A DNA stretch of 64,000 bases from Ramazzottius varieornatus. Its lineage: Eukaryota > Animalia > Tardigrada. Positions 25,940 through 39,102 of the stretch are shown piece by piece. Under the pieces are notes generated by a model. The model saw nothing but the letters and a program-made list of their open reading frames with translations, ran no database searches and was not told where the DNA came from. The first letter of the stretch is position 1; every line of letters starts with the position of its first letter. Position numbers and translations under genes: made by a program. The stretch is from positions 562,679 to 626,678 of the forward strand of contig BDGG01000003.1 of assembly GCA_001949185.1 (NCBI GenBank), in the 5' to 3' direction.

Positions 25940-26606
25940 AGTCGCCGAAAATAATGGATAGCGGAACGATGTGAGAAAGTTATGGGGAGGCCGCGTGGAA
26001 TGGAACGCTGTAACTAGAACTCTCAGAATGATGCTTCCGGGTACGATTGCACTATCGTCCGAAACTGACTTTTCCGATAGTGAATGCTAACGCTTTTCTG
26101 CGCACGTTTTTTGTCCAAAACTACTGTGCAAACAGACTTTCTACTGACCTGCAGAAGCAGAAAGTACTGCTACTAAGTGGATAAAACCCGCTATATCCTT
26201 TCGAAGGACCGGCACAACAGGATCATCTTCATACAGAACGTGAATTTACTCATACTAATTACGAATTACTAACTACGCTTGCACAGCGAGAACTCACACC
26301 AGTCTTCGTCCTCAGTAATTACCGTTCCTTCCTTGACAGGTTCCCCAGCCTTAAACTTCCACAAGCGGAGTAGGGTTGACGAAGTGTGTTGAGATTTTTT
26401 TTCATGACGCCAGAGAAGGCAACTCGAGCGATGTACTGTGAGGGAACAATGTAGTTCACCAAACGGTAAACCAGCCGGCCTTTGACAGTCCTCATTTCGT
26501 ATTCCGCGATAGCAGATTCATAGTTGTTTTTCTACAGTAAGGTCCGGCATCATATCGGTCAGTTTCAATCTACAACGGCAGTATCATTCTCAAAGATCCC
26601 GTGTCA

Positions 26607-26806
26607 AGGGTCAGCGCAGGGTCCCAAACACTTCAGTGGGCGAGATTGTTGAGGGCAGGGTCCAGAACCCCAGGTGAGAAGTCCTGTGGCTAGTCCAGCA
26701 ATCAACTTGCTCTTGATCTACTAGCCACAAGACTTCTCACGTGGGGTCCTGGACCGCTACCCTCAACAATCTCGCCCACTGAAGACTTTAAGATCTCGCG
26801 CTTACC
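26607..26806. mobile_element. ~200-bp hairpin MITE
   Basis: CTTCAGTGGGCGAGATTGTTGAGGG...GTGAGAAGTCCTGTGGCTAGT pairs with ACTAGCCACAAGACTTCTCAC...CCCTCAACAATCTCGCCCACTGAAG. Confidence 0.8.
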
Positions 26807-27079
26807 TCTGGGCAGTGATGAGCTGCTGAATATGGCCTTGCTGGAGCGTGACGCACGAGCTCAAGCGGTTGATTGATTGCGTTCCGGTGACAAGTACTGT
26901 AGGCAAGGCGATATGGCCTCGCACGTCATATGTGTAGGTAACTGTGACATATGTGTATGTCACACAGTGTTATTTTACTATGACTTTTGGGATTCTAATT
27001 CTCGTGGAATTGTCTATTACCTCGTAGAATTGTCTATTATCTATTAATTTTACTTATGTTAGCAGCAGCAATTAAATTA

Positions 27080-30000
27080 TTTTTTTACATTCACATTTAA
27101 TTGAGTTTGACTTCAAATTTGTACATACAATCTCAAAAAAAAACAAAAACGCAAGCCAATTTGCAAGAGCAGAAAGAGGCCCGGTAGAACCAGACTCCAA
27201 AACAATGAAACAATACAAATCACCTAAAAATCTCGGTTATTGACATCGACAATATAATAGATCTCCTCCAAACCTCTATGACTAGAAAAGGTTCCGAAAA
27301 CAGAGGCAGCTTTGCCACGTTGAATATCTGTACTAAGCTTTTGCTTCAAAAACGAGAGAGATCTTGTTTCGCCGGTGGCTTCTGCTATTCTTTTGCCTAT
27401 CTGCTGGATAAGGCTGGATGCTTCGTTCCCGAAAGGACCGAAAGTTTCGAACGCTACTGGACAGAACAGGTAGCGACCATCCAGCTCGCGGTACTTGTGT
27501 CTCTTGAGCTCTTCCGCCTTGTTGGCGGCATAACCAAGCTGCCCCGCTGATCCTCGCAGGTATGTTTCTGCAAGAGTGTCAACACAGGTTACATCCCAGA
27601 CAAGAGCCTTACCTTGTTGCCACGGGATGAGCGTCAGTCCGTCAGGTCGTTTCTGGTCGTCCCTGAGGATCCCGTTGGGCTCAAGGACGTTCGGGACTTT
27701 ACAGCTGATGAGGGCACGGTGGAGGGAGTCGTTCAGAGCGGAATGTCGAGAATGACGTCTGACACTCAACTGACAAGACCAGCCGTGGCGCCCCAGCTCG
27801 TCGAAAAGTTTTTTGCAACGACAAACATGGGGCGCACAAAGCCTAGCCCCAAGACGCAAACCAACTGAGATGCGAAACGAGTTTTCGTCCAGCAAATTAT
27901 CTAAAACAGAAATGGGTAACGCTTTAAGCCATGCTACTTAGTCCGTAGCTGATACGGCAACTAGTCTGGCTCTTTCTGCTTGGGAACTAGCATCCAGAAG
28001 GGTTTGGTAGTGCTGGTCAACTATCGGGATGTCCCACGCCTTCTGCGCTGATCGGAGAGTGAGAATGGGAGGCTGTGCGAAACTTTCTTCCTGCCAGAGG
28101 TTTATCGCTGGCGGTACTATTCACGTCGACTTGAGGATAGATCTGTTTCATCAGATCGAAAGCCGAGTGAACGGAAGCCAAAAAGGCCGGGAGAGCCAGT
28201 TCATCGACGCGTCTGATTCCCAGAACGCCCCTACTGACGGGAAGGCTTGACTGCCGCCAGACCGTGTCGTCCATTGCGATGTTGGCGATTTTACCTGCAC
28301 ATTTCCGGATGGTCTCATCAAAAGCTTGAAGGGAAGGAAGGCAACTGAAAGTCGGGCTGCGACGAAGGATATACAATAGCTTAGGTAAACTAAGACAGTT
28401 CTTCAACAGAAACAAAGCTTGGTAGGCCGAGATATTTTGCAAGCGTGTAGTCATGAGCTCAGCTTGTTGGATCTTTTTCTCTAGGACCGGAGGGATCGCT
28501 TCGGGGAAGACTGGAGCTCCAAGTATCGTTAGGGTCTCCTTGTCTGGAAATATTACGCCAGGGCAGAGGAGCTTCATTTTCTGGCGTGTAACTTGCTGTT
28601 GGGTAGGAGCACCTCCACAGACAACAAACTCACATTTGGACGTATTGAGCTCGAGGCCCAGAGAAGCGCCGATCTCCACAATGGTCTGGAAGTCCCTACT
28701 TACCAGTTCGAAGTCTCCACCAAGCGTGGCATCGTCAAAATACCATTGAAGGGCGACTGAAGTGACTTGAACAGGTTCCGGGTCAGAAGACAGAACAACA
28801 ATGGCCCTAGGGTGTCTCCCTGTTGAACCCCCCGGGCGGAAGGGATGACGTGCTCGCCGTAGATGAGATTTGCTGGCGATCTGTACATCCGAAAAATAAA
28901 AGGATAAATCTCGGGAAGGAACTTCTGGGCCTCCTCGAGTAGCCTGTCTCTGTGAACAGAATTGAAAGCTTCCCTGAAGGTCCAGTTTCAGCAAAGTTTG
29001 GCAGCCTGTCTGGCCTGAGAGGAAAGCTCTAGTGGAACGTACTGCTGCTTCGGCGCCGCCTCTAGTGTCATAGCCGAGCTGTTGGGGTCGTACAAGCTTA
29101 CCTGTGGCTTCCATCACTCGTTTACTGACGATCTTTCCCCCTAAACGCCGAAGAGTGTTACCGATCGCAATGGGCCTTATTCCCTCTGTCTTCTTCAGCA
29201 GAGCGATCAGCGAGGCACCATACAAGGCAGGGCAGACATCTTCTGGTACATTGCCATCCAGCATCAAGCCGACCGGCAAGTGCTTGCGCCAGCTGTAGCG
29301 ACATGGGATCCCTCAGACCCCCTAACAAGTCTTTCAGGTGCTGAGGAAGAAGACCATCAGGACCCCCAGCTGAGTCACAGGGGAAACTGCTTACAGCTGA
29401 CATTAATTTCTACGTGGTGACTGGTGGCGAGGGAGGACCAAAGCACTCTTTCGAGGGGAAATGGGCATCTGGATGTTCGGGGGGATGGTTTTTTCGTAGC
29501 TCTTCCAGAGTCTTTGTTGACATAGGGTCTATCACATCTTCGGAGGCGAGGACCCTAACGGCACCGCTGATATCGCCACCGTTCAACTTCAGCTCCACTC
29601 TTCTCTTCATCTGCGAGTCTTCGTCGATCGTGTTCTTCCTCTGCTTTGTATTATTGGTTTGCGTTTTCGCAGTAGTATCCACCGCTGCAGCTGGCCTAGT
29701 GATGTTTCCTTTGACAAGAGTGGTAAACGACTTCTTCTTAGACGACCGCTCTGGAAGTTTGAAAGCAACCGAGGGGAAAGTAAGTAGTTTCTGCCACTGT
29801 TCCACATTATTCTTCCTAAAACACTCTCTCACAATATCGAGGAGGGCCGAAGCTGCAGTTATTCTCGCGCCACGTGGTATTCTTTTGATAGTCGGGACAG
29901 ATCGTTTGACAGGATTGACGGATCGGTTTTCGTCGTCAGCTGCGGAGGACTGGCTAAGGATGACTGTTTGATCACGTAGCTTTCTCTGGGCTTCTTGGCA

Positions 30001-30114
30001 TGGTCTTTTTCCTTGATGCTTGGTTAGGAATCCCTCTGAGGCAGCTAAGAAGCCACATAAGTCGCACCTCACTTTCAACTTTCCTTGAGATGCCATCGTG
30101 CCACAAAGAAACAT
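27080..30114 (-). mobile_element. Degenerate CRE-clade non-LTR retrotransposon (N-terminal Zn finger, RT, Zn knuckle, restriction-like endonuclease)
   Basis: CDLC..H..C; SAGGPDGL; IRPIAIG; LLKLD; GVQQGDTLGPLLF; WYFDD; LGLELNTSKCE; CRC..HGWSC; RHSRH; RPDGLTLIPW; VWDVT; AFETFG. Several frameshifts and stops. Confidence 0.9.
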
Positions 30115-30409
30115 ACAGCAAGCAAAATATGCTCCACAAAATATCTGTCAGGTGAGGTGCGTAGGAAGCAATCTACGTGCAATTCGGGGGAACGCGTACG
30201 TTCACCTCGGAGTCATCTTCAAAAGGCCAGAGGGAGCAACTTTGTCGTTTCTAGTAGGGAAGTGGAGGCGAGCGTGAAGAATAATTGTGTTGCGTTTTCG
30301 ACAATCCGAGCTTGTGTAGGTAGCTGATTGTTGAAACACCTGAAAAACTTCAAAGAGACCACTACGGTTCAGAAGAGAACCAATACTAATGTTACTTATT
30401 ACATTCTAG

Positions 30410-30800
30410 ACCTGCAGGAATTGATGACTGATTCTGCTGCGGGCGCCTTGAATGTCAACTCGGAGGACAAATGGGATGAGAAAGGAACCCGCGATGAAGA
30501 TGGACGAATGGAGGAGGAACCCGAGGATGCAGAAGGAGAGTCCGGCCCGGAAGAAGACGAAATGGAACCGGAAGAAGCAGGAGGTTTCGATGAGGTGGCG
30601 AATGAAGACAAGGATGACGAGGACCAGCCAGAAGAAGACCATACGTAATTGTCACGCACACACTGAAGCAGAAACACCAGCAAAACGGAGTAAAACGAAG
30701 CGAAGATTATCAGAAAGAATGAGCATACAGACAGCGACAGAAGCAGGCAGTCAGGCGAGACGAGCGATGAAGGAAATGACGGGACGACTCAAAACTTCAC
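30410..30800 (+). other. Acidic (E/D-rich) low-complexity coding remnant
   Basis: EEEPEDAEGESGPEEDEMEPEE...; interrupted by stops; no recognisable domain. Confidence 0.3.
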
Positions 30801-31532
30801 TCTGACTTTCACCGCGTCCATTTTCTTTCTCCTGGTCATATTCCACAACGACAAAATAATCCACAAGCCTGGACATGTGGACGCAAAGATGGGAGAAATC
30901 AGCTGTCTTGTTTTCTGCAGCTGTTTTGGAAAAGATCTTACTAAACTAAACAAGGCGAGTATCAACCTCTGGAATCAGCAAGGGAGATTTGTTGTTCTGG
31001 CGAATGTGTAACCTGCGGAGTGCAATCGCAGCACAATCGAGGACTTCTTCTCGCCTATCATACCTGAATTCATTCTATTACGGGGCGCCGGAAACTGGCA
31101 TGTTTTACGCCATGCTGGCGCACTGTTAGCTCTTCAGTCGTTGAATTAATGCGCCGCTGCATAACAAAACGCACAATTCGGGGTGCGCGAAAACGAAACC
31201 ATGTGATGCGTAGTTCGTTTTCCATAACCCGGTGCGCAAACTGAGCTTGTACGTAATACCTAGGATACGTTTCGCGGATGTTGCCTAATGTCAAACAGTA
31301 GAAACGACACAGGAAATACCATTTCAACCCCCTTTCCGCATTTCAGTCCCATTTTAATTGCAGTGTGGCCTACTTTTAATTATCTATTTTACTATCCCAA
31401 TATCCAGCTAATTTACTATAAGTTCACTATATAGTGAAATCCGTCGGCTGGGTTTGACAATTTTAATTATGATAATAAACTTAAAAGAGCCGGTTTTCGG
31501 CCGTTTTCAATTATCTATTATAACATTAAAAT

Positions 31533-32130
31533 TAGTGCTGGCACCCATACGGTATACCGATATCGTATCGAAATACGTCGAATCTTTGCGATAAAATATG
31601 CGGCAGATGTCGTATCGAAAATATCGATATGAAACTCGTATCGAATAACGCAATAAAATATTTGGCAATATCGTATCGCACCATATCGATATACTTTCGA
31701 TATATCGGTATTTTGCTGAATGGCAAACTCGCCAATGATATCTCGTTTACGGAAGATCATGGTTGATTTCAAAACTTGGCCCTGGGCCATGGTGTACCGA
31801 GCACACCCCACCCTATCGGTTCTGGTACTAATTCTGTCCAGGTTTCCATGTGTTTGAAGTCTTGGTGTAGTTACGTCTTTGCTGTATCTGACGCTTTCGA
31901 TCTTAATAGTACTTTATGTAGAAATCGACTTCTTGAGTTTTTGGGCTTGAACCAGTGGACTTCCGAAAAACTAAAATTCCAGAAATATCGATACATCGAA
32001 AATACGGTAACGGGAAAATATCGTATCGAAATATCGATATCGAATGAATATCGAAGACCGCGATAAAATATCCTCCGATATTGTATCGAAAAATATCGTA
32101 TCGAATTTTATCGTATTTTTGCCAGCACTA
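31533..32130. mobile_element. hAT-type MITE with 8-bp TSD and ATATCG/CGATAT subterminal repeats
   Basis: TIR TAGTGCTGGCA / TGCCAGCACTA; exact ATTAAAAT duplication at 31525-31532 and 32131-32138. Confidence 0.92.
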
Positions 32131-32558
32131 ATTAAAATAGCACCGATATCACAGAGTTTGTAATGCAATGTCATTTACACTATTTACAGAGAAACTCAAA
32201 ACAAGCTTTTCGTTCAATTAAGGAACGAGAACAACGGAAGAACAAAGACCACACGGACAACAGCAGTAAAAAGCTGCAGCAACCGTTTTGAATCGAGTTA
32301 CTTCTCAGTGAAAGTCTGAGCGGCGTACGCAGCACTAACCTACATGGTGTAGTTTGCGGATGACTCAGCAAACAGCATTTCTTGCTTGAGGGTTTTGGCA
32401 AGCCATGTCAAAGTGCAGGCCGTATTTAGCAGCTCTTCGGTCTTCACTGCTGGCAGCTGGAAAATTTCAGTTTTGCCAATTGCCATCCCCCTCTGGTTTT
32501 GGAATCCTGCTTGTTTTCAAGGACGGTTTCTGTGTCTGCTCCGTGCGATTCTGGAATT

Positions 32559-34658
32559 ATGGCCGCCTTTTCCGATCAGGCATTCAAGACCAGGCTAAAG
32601 GATCTGAACCAGACGCAGCAGAGTATCCAGACGATCTCACTATGGGCCATTCACCACCGGAAACACTGCAACAGAGTCGTGGCCATCTGGATGGACCAGC
32701 TACGTGAAGGTACGGCAGATTGTCCTCTTATCGCTCATTGCCATGCTCCAGAGTTTCTGTTTGTAGCGAAAGATGCCGCACAAAAGTTGACACTGCTGTA
32801 CTTCGCTAACGATGTGATACAGAATATGCGTAAAAAGGGCACGGAATATCAGAGTGACTTCAAGGCAGTCATGCTCGAAGCATTCGACAACGCGGCCACT
32901 GCAGCTCGCCTGTAAGCAACTGCCTCTGCCTTTCTGGTCTTGATTCCCTTCCACATGTTTCTTTTAGTACCTCCAACGATAAAATCATCAAGAGCCTAGG
33001 ACGCTTGGTTGTAGTATGGCGAGAACGGAGCATCTTTGATGAAGCATTCCTCACAAAACTGGAGCAAGGCTTAGGTAAGACCCCTGGCCGTGTTCGGCAC
33101 AGATCTGATCTGGTATTTCGTGTCAGGGTTGTGCCGAGTCACTTCTGGACCGTCAAGGCCGTGCCGAAGTTCCCTTAATTCCGGGCGAATTGATTGGGCA
33201 TTGATTGACTTCAACGGGATGTCCGAACTGATAGCTGTCTCTCTTCCTTCAGAAACGATTCCAGCTGCAGAAGCTGCGCCACAAAAGACAGCAGCTTCGC
33301 TAGCTGCAACTTCGGCAACGAGATCTTTCACAGTTCCTCCCGTTTCGCCATCGGTCACTCCGAAGACGCCAACAATGGACAATGGAGGAGAGTCCATGCC
33401 CAAACGCCTCAAAATTAATTCCGCGGACTTCCAAGCGTTTTCCGGTAAGTCCAAGCCCGAGGCAGCGAAAACTGCCCACGTTCCCACTTCTGACGACGAG
33501 GAATACGAGGAAGTCCCGTTTGTCAACGGCGAAACACAAGCCCCAAAGGTAACGTACGAAACATGCAATTCGTCGTATGTGGCGCATGACATCACCTACA
33601 GCAAGGATTTTTTACGCTTCCGCTGTGGAATCAGCGTCACTTGATACTAGTGCGATTTCCAAGCCTCATCTGCATGATTTTTCTTTTCGCAGTTGGAAAC
33701 TTTGCTGAGGCTCGTCCAGAAACTCCAGTCCGCACCTTCGGCCAACGCAGCCATCAGGTCAAAAATTGCAGAATTGCCTGCTGTGATAACTGATCCAGCA
33801 GCCATCGATAGAATCTCAGGTTACTTTGTTCTTCTATTGTTTACCATTATTCCGAGCAGTTCTGCTTTTTTGTTTATTTCAGTCATTTTCTGGTCATGAC
33901 GGAATTACTTACCAGATACTTTTCTCCCTGATAGATCGACAAGAAATAGACAGGCTGATCGGAGTAGCAAAGGAAGGTCTTCAGATGGTTGTGGAGTACA
34001 ACAAGGAACTAAACCAGGAACTGCTGGACCGGCAAGCCGTGGCGAGTGAGCTGGCTCGTCAGCTGGCGTACCATCGCAAAATCATCGATGATAAAGAAAG
34101 ACTTCGTGAAGTATGTAAAGATCGGCAAGAACTTTTCTTCAGCTTGATTTCTGTAGCTTCGCGCGCTTTTGTCACTTTGACCGTCTTTGAAAGCTACAAC
34201 TTGTTTTGCTGTGGAAAAGAAGCCACTTTCACCCGTCACTTTACCGCTTGCAAAATAAAAATGCTGCAGGTTGTACCGATAGACAGATTATGGTATAGCT
34301 TGTGCCGTAGGAAAGCTCAGATATGGCGAAGTGGTCTCGAGAATGAAAGCTCGCTAAAATGAACGAGAACATTCCGAAATATTGCTTGGGAGAGATCAGA
34401 AAGTTGACTGATTGGAAAATTAGACAAAACGTGCTTCAGTAAGACTACAGTAAAATAAACTAGGAACGTGAGCTCACAGAACTAATCTTTGTCTTTTCGT
34501 AGGACTTGGCAAATCAGATCTCGCAACGCCGGGCCTTTCGTGATAAGCTGGCCATTCATGTCGACAGCCTGCCGGACATGACAGGCACTTCCTCGTTCGG
34601 AAACAGCTACTCACGCAGTCCGAAGAGCTCCACAAACAAGAATGGATCAGCGAAATAG
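32559..34658 (+). CDS. RPRD1B: Regulation of nuclear pre-mRNA domain-containing protein (RPRD1A/B; CID domain plus coiled coil), ~7 exons
   Basis: MAAFSDQAFKTRLKDLNQTQQSIQTISLWAIHHRKH, KLTLLYFANDVIQN, VWRERSIF, SANAAIRSKIAELP, EYNKELNQELLDR, HVDSLPDM. Confidence 0.9.
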
Positions 34659-35231
34659 ACGGAGATTGTTGCTGGAAATTCGTTTGGTTTATTTTGTTAT
34701 TCCTACCTTCAGTATACCTTTAGTCCGCAGATTCATTTTGTAACTCACGTGGATCCGCTTCGATAGTTTTCACTGCTTTATCACGATGTAATTTTTTGCC
34801 CGCCGAGAGTTCCCACTGTCATGAACAATTCTGACATTCTATTCGTTCTTCCCTATGAATTTTGTTCGCCAGAACTATCAATAAACATAATAGCACTGGA
34901 CTGAGTTGACATCAACAGATCGAGCCGGGCAGAGCAAGTTTCGCCGTCAGGGCCGTGCCACAGCAAAATCGGAGACTGTTGTTTTTCCTTCGGAATTCCA
35001 TGTTCTGTTTCCTGTTCTTCATTCTCACTCGTTTGTTTCAAGTAAAGGAAATAACGAAACGCTAACAGACAACCTTCAAATAAATACACATTCAAAATCA
35101 ACAAGCTCCATGAGCCTGAGGTTTCAAAAACAAACGGGGAGAAATCCAAAATACTTTATCGACTAAACGTATCACCATTTAGTTTTTCTTGCGACTCACA
35201 AAAAAGGCTCCATGCGGATTAAAAATATGAG

Positions 35232-37324
35232 CTACATTTTAAAATGGAAGGTGAAAGGTTGGCCTTGTCCTTGGCCAAAAGGATTGAAGCCTTGTCCAAA
35301 GGGATGAAAGGGATTACCGCCTCTTGACTGCGCTTCCGGGTCCAACGGATCTTCACCAGCATCGTACTTCGCTCTCTTCTCGGAATCAGTTAGGACTTCC
35401 ATGGCGGCTGCGATGTCCATAAACTTTTTCTGAGCTTGCTCTTTCTCCTGCGGGTCCGAGAAACGATCGGGATGCCACTGCTTGGCTAACTTCCGGTAAG
35501 CTTTGGTTATCGTCTTCTCGTCAGCATTCCTATACGAGATCCCAAAACAAATTGATCAGGAACTGTCAGAATCCCAGTCCGAGGAATGTTTTTCATGATC
35601 GAAAAGATGATTACTGCAAGAAAATAATTCTTGAATTTCTAGAACCTTTTTACGCCGAGGATTTTATAGTAATCTCTTCTTTGGGACTGTTTCTGTAATC
35701 TTTTGGCTTTCTCCATTCCTTCGTGTGCTCTCCTGTTCTCACCATCGTGCGTCATTGCTTCTTGAAAATCTCGGACAGCTGCAACAATAAAAAAAACGAT
35801 ATCTCCATTGAACTTCGACCAATCTTCAAATTCACTTCCGATTGCTTCTCACCGTCATCGTACTCTTCGTTGAGAATGTGGGCTTCCGCTCTGTTGATAA
35901 GGGCTTCGCTGTTCTCCGGTTCCAACTGAAGAAGCTTCGAGCAAACTTTCACCCCCCGAATCCCATCGGACTTCGAAGCGCAAAGGCAGAGCCGACGGTT
36001 GATGTCGCGGTTGATGGCTTCGTTGGAGGGATCGATGGTCAGGGTCGTGTCGCACCTCTGGACACACTCGGCATACTTGCTATTGCTGATGTCCTCTTGG
36101 ATACCCTGAAGTTGTTTCACCAGTTTACGCAGGAGAGTGTAGTGCTTCTTGCATTTGGAATGGTCCGTATCGAGCTTCAGACATTCCCGAATGGCGTTCA
36201 GGGATTCTTCCGCTTCACCGAATTTATACAACGCCTAAAAAATTACCAGAAAACAGAATTAACAATAAAAAACAGTAATTTCCTCCACACGAGCTTTTCA
36301 TCATGAGAGCTACAGTAGCTGTTGCTTACCATGCTCAAGAGGTAATGCGGCTCGGTTTGTTCAGCCTGCAGTTTAGCCACTTGGCGGAGATCGTTTAGCG
36401 AATCCGGCATATCGCCCAGTAATTCGAAGCCCTGTGCGCGCTGCTTTCTGGTATGGACATCTGATGGACAGATCTGCGACACAGAAAAAGTTCAGAACTT
36501 CGTCGAAAGCGCTTTTATCATTGGAAGAGAAACTTCCACACAAACCTCCAGGACTTTGGTGAAGTGTTCGACCGCGACATGATAGTCTCCGCTGATCAAA
36601 GCTTCCCGACCGCGTTCTAGTTCTTCTTTCACGTGTTCGAGCAGCTCAACTTGAATGTGAATCTCGTGGTTATTCGGGTCTTTCGAAAGCTTCAAGGAAA
36701 TGCGAGGCAAAAATCACGGAAAATGATGTCAAAATCGTAGAAGGAATTTGCAACTTACGATAAACTCGTATTCTTTCAACGCGTCTTCCAGCTGTCCCTG
36801 TTTCAGCAAAATATTCGCCCGCTGGGTTCTCGCCTACAGAGGACACTGATTTACCTTTCACAACCAAGCGGACTAGCTGAAGACCAAAAGAGATTTCTTA
36901 CGAGTACGAAGTCTGGTTTGAGCTCGATGACGCGTTCCATGTCATGCAGTGCACTCTTCGCTCTTCCCAGCGCCAAATAAACTGTCGCCCGACGGAAATA
37001 GGCCATGTAATTATCGGGATCTCCATCTAAAAGACATGAACCACGATCAAGACCAGTCAGAAAAATATGAAACTTGGGACTATTACCGATAGCGGCGTGA
37101 TAATGCGACAAAGCGTCAGCCAGTTGTCCCTTCGCTAAGAACGTCTTGGCCATATTCAGATGATTCTCCACTTCGGCCTTTGTGATGGCCACTGCAAAAA
37201 CACATGCATAATAGTCTTGTGAGTCAGAGGAAAGACAAATGGAAGACTCACGGATAAGATGCATGTCCAAGGCAGCCCATATTATCCACAGGAAGTAAAA
37301 TTTCGAAGCGACGTGGCGCGACAT
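35232..37324 (-). CDS. DNAJC3: DnaJ homolog subfamily C member 3 (p58IPK): signal peptide, TPR repeats, J domain
   Basis: FLAKGQLADALSHYHAAI, DPDNYMAYFRRATVYLALG, IRECLKLDTDH, RDYYKILGV, WHPD, FMDIAAAMEVLTDSEKRAKYDAGEDPLDPE, FTFHF. Confidence 0.95.
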
Positions 37325-37657
37325 TATGGAGAAGATGCTTGATTGCTGATTAGGTCAGGCTACACTTCGCGCTTCTCCCGTTTATCCACGGCTCATCCTG
37401 CAATGGAGGACTAAACGAAAATCGAGAGAGGGGCTTTGTACCACCGGGAAGAAGGCGCCTTGCTACAAAGAGTACTCCAGAAGTTTCGAAAGTACGAGAA
37501 GGAAAAAAGGAAGACCGGAACGGAGAAGAAAATCTTTGTTGACTTTTTCAAAAGATCCCATCTCAATGGAAACGCACACAACACTGCAGTGGTGCACTGT
37601 GCGCAGCCTGTATGTAAGAAAGACTGGTGCGCATCAGCAACTACGGTGCGCGCACGG

Positions 37658-37676
37658 CGTGGGAAATGGTTATTGG
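37658..37676 (-). promoter_or_regulatory. ER stress response element (ERSE, CCAAT-N9-CCACG) upstream of DNAJC3
   Basis: Minus strand reads CCAAT-AACCATTTC-CCACG, ~335 bp upstream of the DNAJC3 ATG; further CCACGTG cores at ~37703 and ~37733. Confidence 0.7.
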
Positions 37677-38074
37677 TCACGTACTCGCGTTACTCCGCCT
37701 TTCCACGTGATCGGCCGTTTGGTACGGTGAACCCACGTGGTACAAACAATCCATTTGAATAACTTTTATTTTTTGCTAAGTCATGAGTCATAACTAGAGT
37801 CCAGAAAGAGTTTTCGCGTCAGTTGATTGACAATCAATCCTGGTGACGTTTTCGCACGATGCGGAAGCTCAGTATTTTGCCTTAGGGCGTTTGGCAAGCT
37901 CTTGCGGGTAGTTCCATCATACCAAATTGCTCTTGTTGCTGGCCGTGCGGGCTCAGCTTGGCAGTGCGCTGCACATACAAGCACGCCATCGTACAGCACT
38001 GGCCTGATACGGCCAACGAACGTACACACGCATCGGTAAAATCGAGGAAATGCTGTAAACCGGTTGGCTATAGC

Positions 38075-38223
38075 CAGTGTTGTTCCGATATGACTTTTTC
38101 AGTTTGAATTGCAATTACGATTAATCGGAATCCCTCGCGTAGCAGAAATTTGAACTGCAGGTACCTCGTCCTGGCTGGATCATCAATTACGATTAATTCG
38201 AACTCAAGTTTGAACAACAACTG
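38075..38223. mobile_element. Short MITE with TIR CAGTGTTGTTC / GAACAACAACTG
   Basis: Imperfect TIRs, internal CAATTACGATTAAT repeats, same left end as 19676. Confidence 0.6.
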
Positions 38224-38403
38224 AAATTATTCGAATTATTGGGATGGTGTTTTGTACCGGTAACTCACCTTTCTTTACCTTCCGGCATCCGCTCATCCAT
38301 CACGTTCACTGGTTACACTTACATAAGCTGCTTGTGACGACTTGAGTTGAGACAGCGTATCAGTTTGCTCAGACGTAAACGCCGCACTTGGACCTCTTGA
38401 GAA

Positions 38404-39040
38404 ATGACTCCTGGTGCTACAAGTCAACATAATATTCCGCCGCTGCCGACTGGAAGCGAAGTTACCTCCGAGGACGCCTACCTGGATCTTGCATATCAGC
38501 TTCAACGTGCTGCACGTCTACAGAACTCTGCCCTAAGTAACGGCACTCTGTCCATTCCGTTCTACGAGCAAGAGGATACGTCGGGATCGACGGACTCAAC
38601 TGAAAGTGCAGCTTTACCTCTGTCTTCTCCTGCTGCTCCCGAACCTCTCGCTGTCCGTGAGCTGACACAGACCGATCGCCTGAACAACCAGCTCATCAAC
38701 GCTTTTCTCAGTCGGATAAACACCAGTCAGCCTAACGCTCAAGAAAGTCACCCAGAGGAAGTCGACGAGTTTGAAGAGAAGGAGGAAGATATCGTGTCGA
38801 ATAACAGGTGAACCTGCCTTGATCGTTGATTGACACGATGCACAGATGTCTAGTTGCAGTGGGGCGTAGCGCACACCTCACATCGAGTTGGGGTGTGCGC
38901 TGGTTTTACCATGTCACGACAGTCACGTGGCATGGCTGGAATGTATTGACTAACTATCGCGTATCAACTGACGCGTAATGAATGGACAGTGGTCGGTTGA
39001 TTGTTGATTCACTGAATGGGTTTCACTTTGCAGCTCTTGA
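38404..39040 (+). CDS. Uncharacterised acidic ~136-aa protein, probably spliced 38807^39034 and ending just upstream of GSS
   Basis: Protein-like ORF with amphipathic motif LTQTDRLNNQLINAFLSRIN; donor CAG|GTGAAC at 38808, acceptor TTTGCAG at 39033, spliced stop at 39038-39040. Confidence 0.65.
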
Positions 39041-39102
39041 ACTGTCCAAGACTCCAACGGCGATCTCTCTCTTAAAGTTCCTCACCTACGAAGAGAGATA
39101 AA

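Noticed and set aside
31533-32130. ATATCG arrays as a CRISPR-like or satellite array
   Set aside because: Irregular short motifs enclosed by TIRs and an 8-bp TSD; these are hAT subterminal repeats, and there are no cas genes
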